Of a stretch of DNA of 26,802 nucleotides, positions 1 through 9,817 are shown piece by piece; within the stretch, counting starts at the first letter, position 1; each line of letters starts with the position of its first letter. The position numbers and the translations under genes were made by a program. Under the pieces are notes generated by a model. It made no database searches, was not told where the DNA came from, and worked only from the letters and a program-made list of their open reading frames with translations. The stretch spans positions 1 to 26,802 of the forward strand of contig CAZTOS010000028.1 in assembly GCA_964615185.1 (NCBI GenBank), given 5' to 3'. This DNA is from an uncultured Thermococci archaeon (GTDB lineage: Archaea; Methanobacteriota_B; Thermococci; Thermococcales; Thermococcaceae).

Positions 1-1
1 C

Positions 2-502
2 GTGATAGAGATTTACAAAAGATTTTCGGAGAGCGTTAATGTATGTAGTGTTCATCCAATGTTTGGTGCCGGAGCCAAGAGCTTCGAAGGGAGAAGGTTC
101 ATAGTAATTCCAGTTGAGGGGAGGGAGGAAGATACAAATCCAGTGATAAATCTTTTCAAGGAATTTAAAGCTGAGGTTTTCGTTGCAGATGCTAAAACTC
201 ACGATGAGATGATGAAAGTTGTCATCGGAATTCCATACTTCATTGGCATCTCATTCCTAAGCTTCCTCTCGAAGTTTGGAGGAGTTGAAAACTTTGGAGG
301 CACGTCCTTTGAGTATTTGACCACTTATGCAAAAGCTGTGTTAAATGACTCGCCAGAGTTTATTAAAGAGGTTTTGGAGTTCTCGAAGGATAAAATTGAG
401 GAATTTCTTGAGTTTGCAGAAGGGGGAGAATTTGACATTGAAATGCTGAGAAAGAAGTTTGAATGTGACATTGAGGAAAGTTACAAGAAGTTCTATAAAT
501 AA
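2..502 (+). CDS. tyrA: Prephenate dehydrogenase, C-terminal part (5' end outside window)
   Basis: SVHPMFG motif and 'AKTHDEMMKVV' (HD..M) motif typical of TyrA, followed by GTSF; the frame is open from the window edge. Confidence 0.85.
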   Translation: MIEIYKRFSESVNVCSVHPMFGAGAKSFEGRRFIVIPVEGREEDTNPVINLFKEFKAEVFVADAKTHDEMMKVVIGIPYFIGISFLSFLSKFGGVENFGGTSFEYLTTYAKAVLNDSPEFIKEVLEFSKDKIEEFLEFAEGGEFDIEMLRKKFECDIEESYKKFYK

Positions 503-532
503 GGGTGGATTGAGTTAGTAGATTTCGTATAA

Positions 533-769
533 ATGAGATTTTACGTTAAGAGAGGAAATGAGATACATGAGTTGCTTTATAAAAGGCTTAGAGGGGAAAT
601 CAAGTAGTTTGGGAGTTTTATGAAAAGAGTAGAACTAATAAAAGGAGTTGACAAAAGGTTAGCTTTAAAGACCGCCCAAAAGCTTGAATTTCAGCCTCAA
701 GCGAGGGGTATTGCAAAACAAATTTTTTGGAAATATTTCAGGAATCAGATTGAGGAGAACACAAATTAA
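533..769 (+). pseudogene. Possible decayed gene fragment (weakly PIN/VapC-like) with in-frame TAG at 605-607
   Basis: One frame reads MRFYVKRGNEIHELLYKRLRGEIK*FGSFMKRVELIKGVDKRLALKTAQ...; purine-rich and coding-like. Resemblance judged by eye only. Confidence 0.25.
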
Positions 770-818
770 CACAAAACTTATTATCTAAATTCTTCAAAAT
801 TAATTCTCGGTGAGATTT

Positions 819-1493
819 ATGCAAAAAGATAAACGTAGTATCACAAGAATTGTTAAAGAAATCATAATGTCAAAACCAGCGATTAGGGAGTGCATGATCT
901 TAGATGTTGTAAACTACAGTGCTCTGGCAAGACTCTTGTTAGAGGAATTAGAGAGTAAGGGTGTCAAAACCTCAGCTGGAGCTGTAAAGATGGCTTTGAT
1001 AAGATTAGGGGAAGAACTTAAGAGGGAGAGAGAATTCCTTGAGAGGCAAATTAAGAATGTTATCGCCAAAACAGTTATTGAGCTTCAATCAGACTTAACA
1101 GTTGTGACAGTTGAAAAAAGAATTCTCCTGAATAGAATTGAAAGGCTTTCGAAGGTTATGGAAAAAGCCCGCTTCTTCCAGCTTACACAGGGTGTTGAAA
1201 CGTTTACAATTGTCGTTTCGAGTGAGGAAAAAGAGGAGGTACTCAAGATTTTGGAAGAGGATGTAGTTGATCTCATTGAAGAACAAACTGCCATAATCCT
1301 CATAAGCCCGGAGGAAATAATTGAAACTCCGGGAATAGTAGCTTTCGTGACATCGGCACTTTCTTCAAATGGCATAAATATCACTCAGGTAATTTCATGT
1401 CATAAGGATACAATATTCGTTCTTGACAGAAAGGTTGCTCCAAAGGCCTATCAAATCCTTGAGGAACTCATTTTGAGGATGAGGAAAATATAA
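819..1493 (+). CDS. ACT-domain protein, putative amino-acid-responsive regulator
   Basis: N-terminal helical region with VVNYSALAR; C-terminal ACT fold (ETPGIVAFVTSALSSNGINITQVISC..TIFVL). GGTGA at 809-813 favours ATG 819 over GTG 810. Confidence 0.75.
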   Translation: MQKDKRSITRIVKEIIMSKPAIRECMILDVVNYSALARLLLEELESKGVKTSAGAVKMALIRLGEELKREREFLERQIKNVIAKTVIELQSDLTVVTVEKRILLNRIERLSKVMEKARFFQLTQGVETFTIVVSSEEKEEVLKILEEDVVDLIEEQTAIILISPEEIIETPGIVAFVTSALSSNGINITQVISCHKDTIFVLDRKVAPKAYQILEELILRMRKI

Positions 1494-1518
1494 GTTGTCA
1501 AAAATCCAAAACACAAGG

Positions 1519-1531
1519 GGAAAATTTATAT
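1519..1531 (+). promoter_or_regulatory. BRE-TATA promoter of the aminotransferase gene
   Basis: GGAAAA-TTTATAT; implies a transcription start near 1554, upstream of the AGGTGA RBS at 1558-1563. Confidence 0.55.
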
Positions 1532-1567
1532 TCATCAATGAACATAAGTGTGGGCTTAGGTGATGAG

Positions 1568-2746
1568 ATGTTCTCCCAGAGGATACTTGACATTGATATG
1601 AGTGAAGTCAAACGGGTGGTGGCTTTAGTAAAAGGTGGGAGCGTGATTTCATTTGCCGGTGGAGTGCCAAGTAAAGAACTTTTTCCTCTTAAAGAGTTAA
1701 AGGATGCTTTCCTTGAGATTGGAGAAATACCCGACGCTTTTCAATATGGCTCAACTCTGGGATTCGAAGGTCTCAGGGAAGAGCTATTGAAGCACTTAAA
1801 GGAAAGTCAAGGAATCCACGCAAAGCTCGAGGAAATAATGATAACCCACGGTTCTCAGCAAGGAATTGACATCATTGGAAGAGCCTTTGTTAATCCGGGA
1901 GATATGATTGTAGTTGAGGCACCAACCTACTTTGTTGCTCTAAACACCTTTCAAGTTTATGAAGCAAGGTTCCTTCAAGTTGGACTTGACGAAGAAGGTA
2001 TGAAGACTGAAGAGCTTGAAGGTCTCTTGAAGAAGTTAAAAGCAGATGGCAAAAAGATAAAACTCCTTTATACAATTCCAACATTCCAAAACCCATCTGG
2101 AGTCACTATAAGCGAAGAAAGGAGAAAACACTTGGTGGAGCTTGCGGAAGATTTTGACTTCATAATAGTTGAGGACAATGCATATGGAGAGCTCCGCTAT
2201 TTGGGAAGCCCCGTAAAGGCAATAAAGCACTTTGATAGGAGTGGAAGAGTAATAAACTTAGGAACGTTCTCAAAGATTTTCGTTCCAGGGTTTAGGCTGG
2301 CATGGTTAATAGCAAACGAAGAACTCATGGAAAAGCTTGAAGTTGGAAAATTAACCACTGATGTTTCTTCAAACACGGTTGGACAGTACGTTACTTGGGC
2401 ATTCATGAAGAAAGGCCTGTTAAAGAGACACATCCAAAGATTGATAGAGTTCTACAAACCAAAGAGGGATGCAATGCTTGAAGCCTTAAATGAGTTCATG
2501 CCTGAAAACATCAGCTGGACAAAGCCGGATGGAGGAATGTTTATCTGGCTAACCATTGATGGTAACATTGATACAAAAGAAATGCTTGAGGAGGCTGTCA
2601 AAAGAGGAGTTGCTTATGTTCCCGGAAAAGTGTTTTATGCCGTAAAGGGTGGAGAAAATCAGATGAGGCTGAACTTCACCTTTGAAAGTGTTGAACGTAT
2701 AAGAGAGGGGATAAGGATTTTAGCAAAACTTATCGTTAGCTCCTGA
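1568..2746 (+). CDS. Class I/II PLP-dependent aminotransferase (2-aminoadipate transaminase LysN-like, or aromatic aminotransferase)
   Basis: ISFAGGVP, PTFQNPSG, EDNAYGEL, GTFSKIFVPGFRLAW (PLP lysine), PDGGMFIW, RLNF motifs. RBS and promoter position support ATG 1568. Confidence 0.85.
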   Translation: MFSQRILDIDMSEVKRVVALVKGGSVISFAGGVPSKELFPLKELKDAFLEIGEIPDAFQYGSTLGFEGLREELLKHLKESQGIHAKLEEIMITHGSQQGIDIIGRAFVNPGDMIVVEAPTYFVALNTFQVYEARFLQVGLDEEGMKTEELEGLLKKLKADGKKIKLLYTIPTFQNPSGVTISEERRKHLVELAEDFDFIIVEDNAYGELRYLGSPVKAIKHFDRSGRVINLGTFSKIFVPGFRLAWLIANEELMEKLEVGKLTTDVSSNTVGQYVTWAFMKKGLLKRHIQRLIEFYKPKRDAMLEALNEFMPENISWTKPDGGMFIWLTIDGNIDTKEMLEEAVKRGVAYVPGKVFYAVKGGENQMRLNFTFESVERIREGIRILAKLIVSS

Positions 2747-2748
2747 GA

Positions 2749-2761
2749 TTTTTCATTTTGT
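2749..2761 (+). terminator. T-rich archaeal terminator-like tract
   Basis: TTTTTCATTTTGT immediately after the stop codon. Confidence 0.4.
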
Positions 2762-2824
2762 CCCAACTTCACAAGTTCACATGCTGAAAATTCGCTAATT
2801 AGGTTTGTCTTGTTGCTTGTTATA

Positions 2825-2876
2825 TTTGCAACAAAATTTTTTAATTTTGATATATTAGTTACAAAAAATATAAAAA
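2825..2876 (+). promoter_or_regulatory. argG operon promoter with candidate operator TTTGCAAC-N25-GTTACAAA next to TATAAAAA
   Basis: TGCAAC 2827-2832, GTTACA 2858-2863, TATAAAAA 2869-2876; same geometry as the lysW upstream region. Confidence 0.55.
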
Positions 2877-2909
2877 CGTTCTCTTTATTTCGATGTTAGG
2901 TGATTTTAC

Positions 2910-4142
2910 GTGAAAGTAGTTTTAGCGTATTCGGGAGGGTTGGACACTTCAGTAATACTAAAGCTGATGCAAGAGAAGCTGAACGCTGAAGTGATAACAG
3001 TCACAGTTGATGTCGGGCAAAAAGATGACTTCAAAAAAATTAAAGAGAAGGCTTTGAAATTTGGAGCAGTAAAGCACTATATGATTGACGCAAAGGAAGA
3101 GTTTGCGAAGGAATACCTATCTAAGGCTATTAAGGCTAATGCCCTTTATGAAGGGGCTTATCCTTTAGCCCATGCCTTGGCAAGGCCTTTGATAGCAAAG
3201 AAGGTAGTGGAGATAGCTAAAAAAGAAAACGCCGATGCGATAGCTCATGGCTGTACTGGAAAAGGAAATGACCAAGTGAGGTTCGATTTGGCAATTAAAG
3301 CACTCTATCCAGGAATTAAGATAATCGCTCCAGTAAGAGAGTGGGGTCTAACAAGGGATTGGGAGATGGAATACGCTAAGAAAAATGGCATTCCAGTTAA
3401 GGAAAAAATCTACAGCATTGACGAGAATCTTTGGGGAAGGAGTATAGAAGGGGGAATTTTAGAGGATCCTTCTGAAGAGTCGCCCGAGGAAGTTTTTGAG
3501 TGGACGCTTTCACCAGAGAAAACCCCAGAAAAGCCTGAGTACGTAACAATTGAATTTGAGGAAGGGATACCAGTTGCCTTGAATGGGAAGGAAATGGACT
3601 TAGTTGAGCTTATAGAAACCCTAAACTTCATAGCTGGAAAGCATGGAGTTGGGAGGATAGACCACATTGAAGATAGGGCTGTTGGAATAAAGAGCAGGGA
3701 AGTTTATGAGGCACCAGCTGCGATAACTCTAATCAAAGCCCACAAAGACCTTGAAAAGTTTGTTCTCACAAAATGGGTTCTTGAGTTTAAGGAGTTTGTT
3801 GATTCCAAGTGGTCGTGGCTCGTTTACAATGGTCTCTGGTTCGAGCCGCTTAGGGAGGCATTAGATGCATTCATAGATAAAGTTGAAGAAAAAGTCAGCG
3901 GGACTGTCAAGGTAAAGCTCTACAAAGGAAACGCCATTGTTGTTGGAAGGAAATCGGAAAATGCGCTCTATGATATAAACTTAGCTACATTCGAAAAGTC
4001 TGACTACGATCAAAAACTTGCCATAGGTTTCATTGAGCTCTTTGGAATGCAGAGTGTTTTAGCTTATAGTATAGCTAACAAGCCCAAAGCTATGGAAGCC
4101 TTCGGAAGCAAAAAGCTGGAGGCAGAGAAGGCTATCAGTTAG
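2910..4142 (+). CDS. argG: Argininosuccinate synthase
   Basis: [52 protein letters not shown] start with AGGTGA at 2898-2903. Confidence 0.98.
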   Translation: MKVVLAYSGGLDTSVILKLMQEKLNAEVITVTVDVGQKDDFKKIKEKALKFGAVKHYMIDAKEEFAKEYLSKAIKANALYEGAYPLAHALARPLIAKKVVEIAKKENADAIAHGCTGKGNDQVRFDLAIKALYPGIKIIAPVREWGLTRDWEMEYAKKNGIPVKEKIYSIDENLWGRSIEGGILEDPSEESPEEVFEWTLSPEKTPEKPEYVTIEFEEGIPVALNGKEMDLVELIETLNFIAGKHGVGRIDHIEDRAVGIKSREVYEAPAAITLIKAHKDLEKFVLTKWVLEFKEFVDSKWSWLVYNGLWFEPLREALDAFIDKVEEKVSGTVKVKLYKGNAIVVGRKSENALYDINLATFEKSDYDQKLAIGFIELFGMQSVLAYSIANKPKAMEAFGSKKLEAEKAIS

Positions 4143-4150
4143 GTGGTGTT

Positions 4151-5509
4151 ATGTACAGGAAGAATCTGCTCGGTGATATAAACTCTGAAATCCTCTCCTA
4201 TATTTCTTCAATGGAAGAAGATAAAGAGCTTGTTGATGAGGTTATCGAGAGCTTAATAGCTCATGTAAAGGTATTAACATCTCAAAATCTTATTCCCAAA
4301 GAGAAGGGAGAGAAAATATTGGAAGAGTTAAAAAACCTCCTTGAAGACCCTTCTTCGCTGTTTAAAATTGAAGCTGAAGATGTTCACGAGGCGATTGAGA
4401 TTTACTTGAGGCAAAAGCTTGGCGAAGATGAGGGATACTTAGCTTTGGGAAAAAGCAGAAACGATCATGTTTCAGCGGCTTTAAGGCTAAAAGCAAAGAA
4501 ACTTTTAACCAAGCAGATAAAGGAAGCGCTGACTTTTAGGAGAATTCTCTTAGAGAAGGCTAAAAATTACCTCAATACAATAATGCCGGCATTTACTCAT
4601 TTACAACCAGCACAACCTTCAACCTTTGCCCACTATTTATGTTACATAGAGGAAACCTTGGCCACATACACGAAAGCCTTATTCTTTGCTCTTGAGATAG
4701 TTGATAGCTCCCCCTTAGGTGCTGGAGCTGTAGGAGGAACAAGTGTACCATTAGACAGGAAAAAGCTCGCTGGAGAGCTCTTCGATGGAATAATCTTCAA
4801 CTCTATAAACGCAACGAGCAATAGAGACTTCTTAGGAATAGCCTGTTCAATCGATGTAAACCTGTCCATCTTCCTCTCAAGGATAGCAGAGGATATAGTG
4901 GTTTTTTCGACACCACAGTTCAACTACCTTAAGCTTCCAAATGAGCATTTAGCAACGAGCAGTATGATGCCTCAAAAGAGAAACCCAGCAACAATGGAAA
5001 TAGCGAGAGCTTGGGGTGCTGAGAGCATAGGGCATCTCGTTGCATTGTTGACAATTTTGAAGGGTCTTCCAACGGGCTACAATCTGGATATGCAAGAAGC
5101 CAACAAGCACGCTTTCAAAATCTTAAAGGGGACACTTGAAACGCTTAAGATTTTTGCTGACCTCTTTGCCAAAATTGAGGTCAATGAAGAGAACTTGCTG
5201 AGAGATGCAAAAATTTTCCCTATTTTAGCAACGGACATTGCTGAGAAAGTCGCTTTGATAAGTGGAAAGCCATACAGAGAAGTTTACGGCGAGATAGCCA
5301 AGCTCGTAAAAGACTCTGAGGGTGTTGAAGAATTCTACGCCAAGGTTAGGGAGAAATATGGGATTGAAGTTAGTTTAGAGGAGGGAATTAAAAAGCCTGT
5401 TATAGGCTCTCCAAATCCAGAAAAAGTTAAAGAATACATTGAAATGGCAGAAAAAGCTCTTGAAGAAGACTTCAGCAAGCTCAAGTTTTTGATAACCACT
5501 ATCATTTAG
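4151..5509 (+). CDS. argH: Argininosuccinate lyase
   Basis: EDVHEAIE, GKSRNDHV, MPAFTHLQPAQP, SSMMPQKRNP fumarase/ASL signature; follows argG. Confidence 0.97.
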   Translation: MYRKNLLGDINSEILSYISSMEEDKELVDEVIESLIAHVKVLTSQNLIPKEKGEKILEELKNLLEDPSSLFKIEAEDVHEAIEIYLRQKLGEDEGYLALGKSRNDHVSAALRLKAKKLLTKQIKEALTFRRILLEKAKNYLNTIMPAFTHLQPAQPSTFAHYLCYIEETLATYTKALFFALEIVDSSPLGAGAVGGTSVPLDRKKLAGELFDGIIFNSINATSNRDFLGIACSIDVNLSIFLSRIAEDIVVFSTPQFNYLKLPNEHLATSSMMPQKRNPATMEIARAWGAESIGHLVALLTILKGLPTGYNLDMQEANKHAFKILKGTLETLKIFADLFAKIEVNEENLLRDAKIFPILATDIAEKVALISGKPYREVYGEIAKLVKDSEGVEEFYAKVREKYGIEVSLEEGIKKPVIGSPNPEKVKEYIEMAEKALEEDFSKLKFLITTII

Positions 5510-5523
5510 CCTGGGTGATTCAA

Positions 5524-6645
5524 ATGAAAGCTTATCTCTTATTAGAAGATGGAACCATTGTAGAGGGAAAAGGGTTTGGGGCCGAGGGAGTTAAGTTCGG
5601 AGAGGTGGTCTTTACAACGGCAATGGTCGGTTATCCAGAGTCATTAACGGATCCATCATACAAGGGACAGATTCTGGTCATGACTTATCCGCTAATTGGA
5701 AACTACGGCGTGCCAAGTAAAGAAATTAAGGAAAATGGCATTTCCCTACACTATGAGTCAGATAAAATTCAAGTTGAAGGTTACGTGATTTCAAAACTCA
5801 TGCGACCAAGCCACTGGGCAAGCGAAATGAGCTTAGACGAGTGGCTCAAAAAAGAAGGAATTCCAGGGATAGAGGGCGTTGATACAAGGGCGTTGGTTAA
5901 GAAGATAAGGGAAAAAGGAGTTATGATGGGAGCCTTAGCTGTTGGTGATTATGAGAAGGAAGAGCTTGAAAGGATCATGGAAAAAGTCAGAAAGTTGAGT
6001 TATGATGAGGCAAATTTTGTCGATAAGGTGACTCCAAAAGAAATAATAATTCACGAACCTAAAAAAGCCGATAAGACCGTTGTTGTGGTTGATTGTGGGG
6101 TTAAGTATGGCATTCTTCGAGAATTCTTAAAGAGAGGCTTTAAGATCATAAGGATACCTTACACCTACGACCCAGTAAAGGCCTTCGAGGAATTTAACGC
6201 CGATGGGATATTCCTAAGCAACGGTCCAGGGAACCCTGCTTTGCTGAAAACACTGATAGAGAATGCCAAAGCCATAATTGAGTACAACGTTCCGACAATG
6301 GGGATATGTTTGGGCAGTCAAATACTAGCTTTAGCTGATGGGGGAGAGGTTTACAAGCTTAAATATGGTCACAGAGGAATTAACAAGCCTGTAAAAGACT
6401 TAAAGACAGGAAAAGCCTTTGTAACGACACAAAACCATGGCTACGCGGTAAAGCCCGAAAGCTTGAACGAATTTAAAGTTTGGATGATTAATCTTGACGA
6501 TAAAAGCGTTGAGGGGATTTATCATCCAAATAAACCGATTATAGCGACACAATTCCATCCTGAGGCTTCTCCTGGACCTTTAGATTCAACTTGGGTATTT
6601 GACCTTTTTGTAAAACTGATCAAAGGTGATGCTCATGTTTTCTAA
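5524..6645 (+). CDS. carA: Carbamoyl-phosphate synthase small (glutaminase) subunit
   Basis: GEVVFTTAMVGYPESLTDPSY, SNGPGNP, GICLG nucleophile, TQNHGYAV, QFHPEASPGP; RBS GGGTGA 5513-5518 favours ATG 5524. Confidence 0.97.
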   Translation: MKAYLLLEDGTIVEGKGFGAEGVKFGEVVFTTAMVGYPESLTDPSYKGQILVMTYPLIGNYGVPSKEIKENGISLHYESDKIQVEGYVISKLMRPSHWASEMSLDEWLKKEGIPGIEGVDTRALVKKIREKGVMMGALAVGDYEKEELERIMEKVRKLSYDEANFVDKVTPKEIIIHEPKKADKTVVVVDCGVKYGILREFLKRGFKIIRIPYTYDPVKAFEEFNADGIFLSNGPGNPALLKTLIENAKAIIEYNVPTMGICLGSQILALADGGEVYKLKYGHRGINKPVKDLKTGKAFVTTQNHGYAVKPESLNEFKVWMINLDDKSVEGIYHPNKPIIATQFHPEASPGPLDSTWVFDLFVKLIKGDAHVF

Positions 6646-9600
6646 AGTCTTAATTTTAGGTTCTGGTGCAATAAAGATTGGTGAGGCTGCTGAATTCGAC
6701 TACAGTGGAAGCCAAGCATTAAAAGCCCTAAAGGAAGAAGGCATTGAAACCATCTTAATAAACCCAAACGTTGCTACAATTCAAACAAGCCATGAGATGG
6801 CTGACAAAGTTTACCTTCTTCCCCTGGATGTCAAATTTGTTGAGGAGGTTATAAAGAAAGAGATGCCAGATGGAATTTTGTTAGGCTTTGGTGGGCAAAG
6901 TGCCTTATCTTTGGGTGTGGCGCTATATGAAAACGGAATTTTGGATAAATACGGTGTTAAAGTCCTTGGCACACCCATAGAGGGCATAAAGAAAGCCCTA
7001 GATAGAGAAAGGTTTAGGGAGACAATGATAAAAGCTGGCCTCCCAATACCACCAAGCGGAGCGGCTAAAAGCGTTGAAGAAGCAATTGAAATAGCGGAAA
7101 AGATTGGCTTCCCCGTCATCGTTAGGGTGAGCTTCAACCTCGGCGGTAGAGGTTCTTTCGTTGCGTGGAATAAGGAGGAGTTTGAAAACTATATAATTAG
7201 GGCTTTCGCTCAGAGTGAGATCGGCGAGGTTTTAGTTGAGAAATATCTCTATCATTGGAAGGAAATAGAGTTTGAGGTTGTGAGGGATAAAAACGGAAAT
7301 GCTGTTGCCGTTGCATGCTTAGAGAACTTTGACCCGATGGGAGTTCATACTGGAGATTCCATAGTTGTTGCTCCTTCTCAAACTCTCACCAATAGGGAGT
7401 ACCAAATCCTAAGGAGCGCGGCAATAAAGGTTGCTGAAGCAATAGGTTTAGTTGGTGAGTGTAATGTTCAGCTGGCCTTAAATCCAAAATCAGAGGAATT
7501 CTATGTTATTGAGACAAATCCAAGGATGAGCCGCTCATCTGCGTTAGCAAGCAAGGTAACGGGTTACCCCTTAGCATATATAGCGGCAAAGCTTGCTTTG
7601 GGCTATACCTTAGATGAGCTCTTGAATGGTGTAACTGGAGTTACCACAGCGGCTTTTGAGCCAAGCTTAGATTATGTTGTCGTTAAAGTTCCGAGATGGG
7701 ACTTAGAGAAGTTTGAAAACGCAAACAAGAGGATAAATTCAGAGATGAAGAGTATTGGAGAGGTCATGGCAATAGGACGAAACTTGCATGAGGCATTCCA
7801 AAAGGCAATTAGAATGGTTGATATTGGAGATGAGCTGATTGGTGAATATTACGAAAAGGAAGAACCCTTGGAAGAAGTTATGAAGAGAATAAGGAACTAT
7901 GAACCTTACATGCCAATGCACATAGCTAAAGCATTAAAGCTTGGGGTAAGTGTTGATGAGATTTATGAAATCACTGGAATAGACCGCTTTTATCTCTACA
8001 TAATCGAAGACCTTGTTAGAGTGGCGGAAGAGCTAAAGAGGAACCCAACTGAAGAGCTTATAAGTGAAGCGAAGAAGCTTGGCTTCAGCGATAAGCAAAT
8101 AGAGAGGTTAGCGGGTAAGAAGTTGAAGAAGAAGTCAAAAATCTTCGTGAAGCAGATTGATACTTTGGCTGGCGAATTCCCGGCAAAGACAAATTATCTG
8201 TACATGACATACGATGCCCAAGAAAACGACATTCCTCACACGAAAAAGCCAAAAGTTTTGGTTTTGGGTGCCGGAGTCTTTAGGATAGGCGTTAGCGTTG
8301 AGTTTGATTGGGCAGTTGTTAATTTCGCAAATTCAGCAAAGAAGAGGGGCTATGAGGTTATTGTGCTTAATTATAATCCCGAAACAGTTTCAACAGACTG
8401 GGACATTAATGATAAGCTCTATTTTGAGGAGATAACCCTCGAGAGAGTTTTGGACATCTACAATTTTGAGAAGCCTGAAGGTGTCGTTGCCTTTGCTGGC
8501 GGACAGTTAGCCAATTCCTTGGCCAAAAAGCTTGAGCAGAATGGGGTTAGGCTTTTGGGGACGAGAGGAACGAGTGTTGATGTAGCTGAAAACAGGGCGA
8601 AGTTCTCCAAACTTCTCGAAGATTTAGGAATAAAGCAGCCGCCTTGGACAACTGCGAAAAGCCTTAGGGAGGTTTTAAAGTTCGCTGAGGAAGTTGGGTA
8701 TCCGGTTATGATAAGGCCAAGCTATGTTTTGAGCGGAACCGCAATGAAGGTTGCCTACAACGAGAAAGAGCTGAGAGAATACCTCTCCTTAGCGGCAAGG
8801 GTATCTCCGGAGCACCCAGTGGTGGTTTCAAAATTCTTAGATGCCATGGAAGCTGAGATAGATGCTGTGTCAGATGGAAAAAGGGTTGTCGGTGTTACTT
8901 TGGAGCACGTAGAAAAAGCTGGTGTTCATAGTGGAGACGCTACGATGGTGACGCCTTATCGCTATCTAAAACCCAAGCAAGTTAAAAAGATGCAAGAAAT
9001 CGCTTTAGAGCTTGCTTTGGCTTTGGGAATTAAGGGTCCATTCAACATACAGTTCCTGGTAAACGATGACGTCTATGTCCTTGAGCTAAACTTAAGAACG
9101 AGCAGATCGATGCCATTCTCAAGCAAATCAAGAGGCGTGAATTTAATGGAGTTAGCGGCTCAAGCGGTATTTGATGGAACGCTCTTGATTGGAGAGGATT
9201 ACAAATACTATGAGATACCTCCAAAGGCTTTCGCTGTGAAAAGTCCACAGTTCTCGTGGTCTCAGCTCCAAAACGCTTATCCTTTCTTAGGGCCAGAAAT
9301 GCGTTCCACGGGAGAGGTAGCAGCTCTCGGTAGCGAATTCGAGGATGCACTACTTAAGAGCTGGCTCTCAGTGAAGCCGAACAAAATGCCCGAAAGGAGT
9401 GTATTGATTTATGGTTATGGAAGAGAAAAAGAGAAGCTAAGCGAAACAGCTAAGGTTCTTGAATCTCTCGGCTATGAAGTATTTACGCTTGAAGATGCTT
9501 TAGGGATTGGAAAGCCAATAAGCAAAGAGAAAGCTGTAGAGTTAATGAAAAGCAGTAAGATCGACTTAGTGATGACCTCTGGCTATGCAAAGGACAAGGA

Positions 9601-9802
9601 TTACAAGGTAAGGAGAACTGCCGTTGATTTGAATGTCCCAATTGTCTTAGATGCAAACTTGGCTTATGAGATTTCAAAAGCTCTCTCTTGGGCCAAGGAG
9701 AACGAGTTTGAGTTCAAAGAGCTAAGCGAATATTATATGGCAGATATCCACAAAGTCGTCAGTATTCCTTGTGGGAGAGCTTATTTGAGTCTTTTAGATT
9801 GA
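6635..9802 (+). CDS. carB: Carbamoyl-phosphate synthase large subunit
   Basis: GSGAIKIGEAAEFDYSG, GVHTGDS, NPRMSRSSALASK, duplicated half (NYNPETVSTD, GVHSGDA, LGPEMRSTGEV), C-terminal MGS-like domain; RBS AGGTGA 6624-6629. Confidence 0.97.
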   Translation: MFSKVLILGSGAIKIGEAAEFDYSGSQALKALKEEGIETILINPNVATIQTSHEMADKVYLLPLDVKFVEEVIKKEMPDGILLGFGGQSALSLGVALYENGILDKYGVKVLGTPIEGIKKALDRERFRETMIKAGLPIPPSGAAKSVEEAIEIAEKIGFPVIVRVSFNLGGRGSFVAWNKEEFENYIIRAFAQSEIGEVLVEKYLYHWKEIEFEVVRDKNGNAVAVACLENFDPMGVHTGDSIVVAPSQTLTNREYQILRSAAIKVAEAIGLVGECNVQLALNPKSEEFYVIETNPRMSRSSALASKVTGYPLAYIAAKLALGYTLDELLNGVTGVTTAAFEPSLDYVVVKVPRWDLEKFENANKRINSEMKSIGEVMAIGRNLHEAFQKAIRMVDIGDELIGEYYEKEEPLEEVMKRIRNYEPYMPMHIAKALKLGVSVDEIYEITGIDRFYLYIIEDLVRVAEELKRNPTEELISEAKKLGFSDKQIERLAGKKLKKKSKIFVKQIDTLAGEFPAKTNYLYMTYDAQENDIPHTKKPKVLVLGAGVFRIGVSVEFDWAVVNFANSAKKRGYEVIVLNYNPETVSTDWDINDKLYFEEITLERVLDIYNFEKPEGVVAFAGGQLANSLAKKLEQNGVRLLGTRGTSVDVAENRAKFSKLLEDLGIKQPPWTTAKSLREVLKFAEEVGYPVMIRPSYVLSGTAMKVAYNEKELREYLSLAARVSPEHPVVVSKFLDAMEAEIDAVSDGKRVVGVTLEHVEKAGVHSGDATMVTPYRYLKPKQVKKMQEIALELALALGIKGPFNIQFLVNDDVYVLELNLRTSRSMPFSSKSRGVNLMELAAQAVFDGTLLIGEDYKYYEIPPKAFAVKSPQFSWSQLQNAYPFLGPEMRSTGEVAALGSEFEDALLKSWLSVKPNKMPERSVLIYGYGREKEKLSETAKVLESLGYEVFTLEDALGIGKPISKEKAVELMKSSKIDLVMTSGYAKDKDYKVRRTAVDLNVPIVLDANLAYEISKALSWAKENEFEFKELSEYYMADIHKVVSIPCGRAYLSLLD

Positions 9803-9817
9803 AAGCTTTACGGAATG

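Noticed and set aside
1538..1567. Longer N-terminus of the aminotransferase
   Set aside because: ATG 1538 is too close to the TATA box (1525-1530) to be transcribed, and AGGTGA points to ATG 1568.
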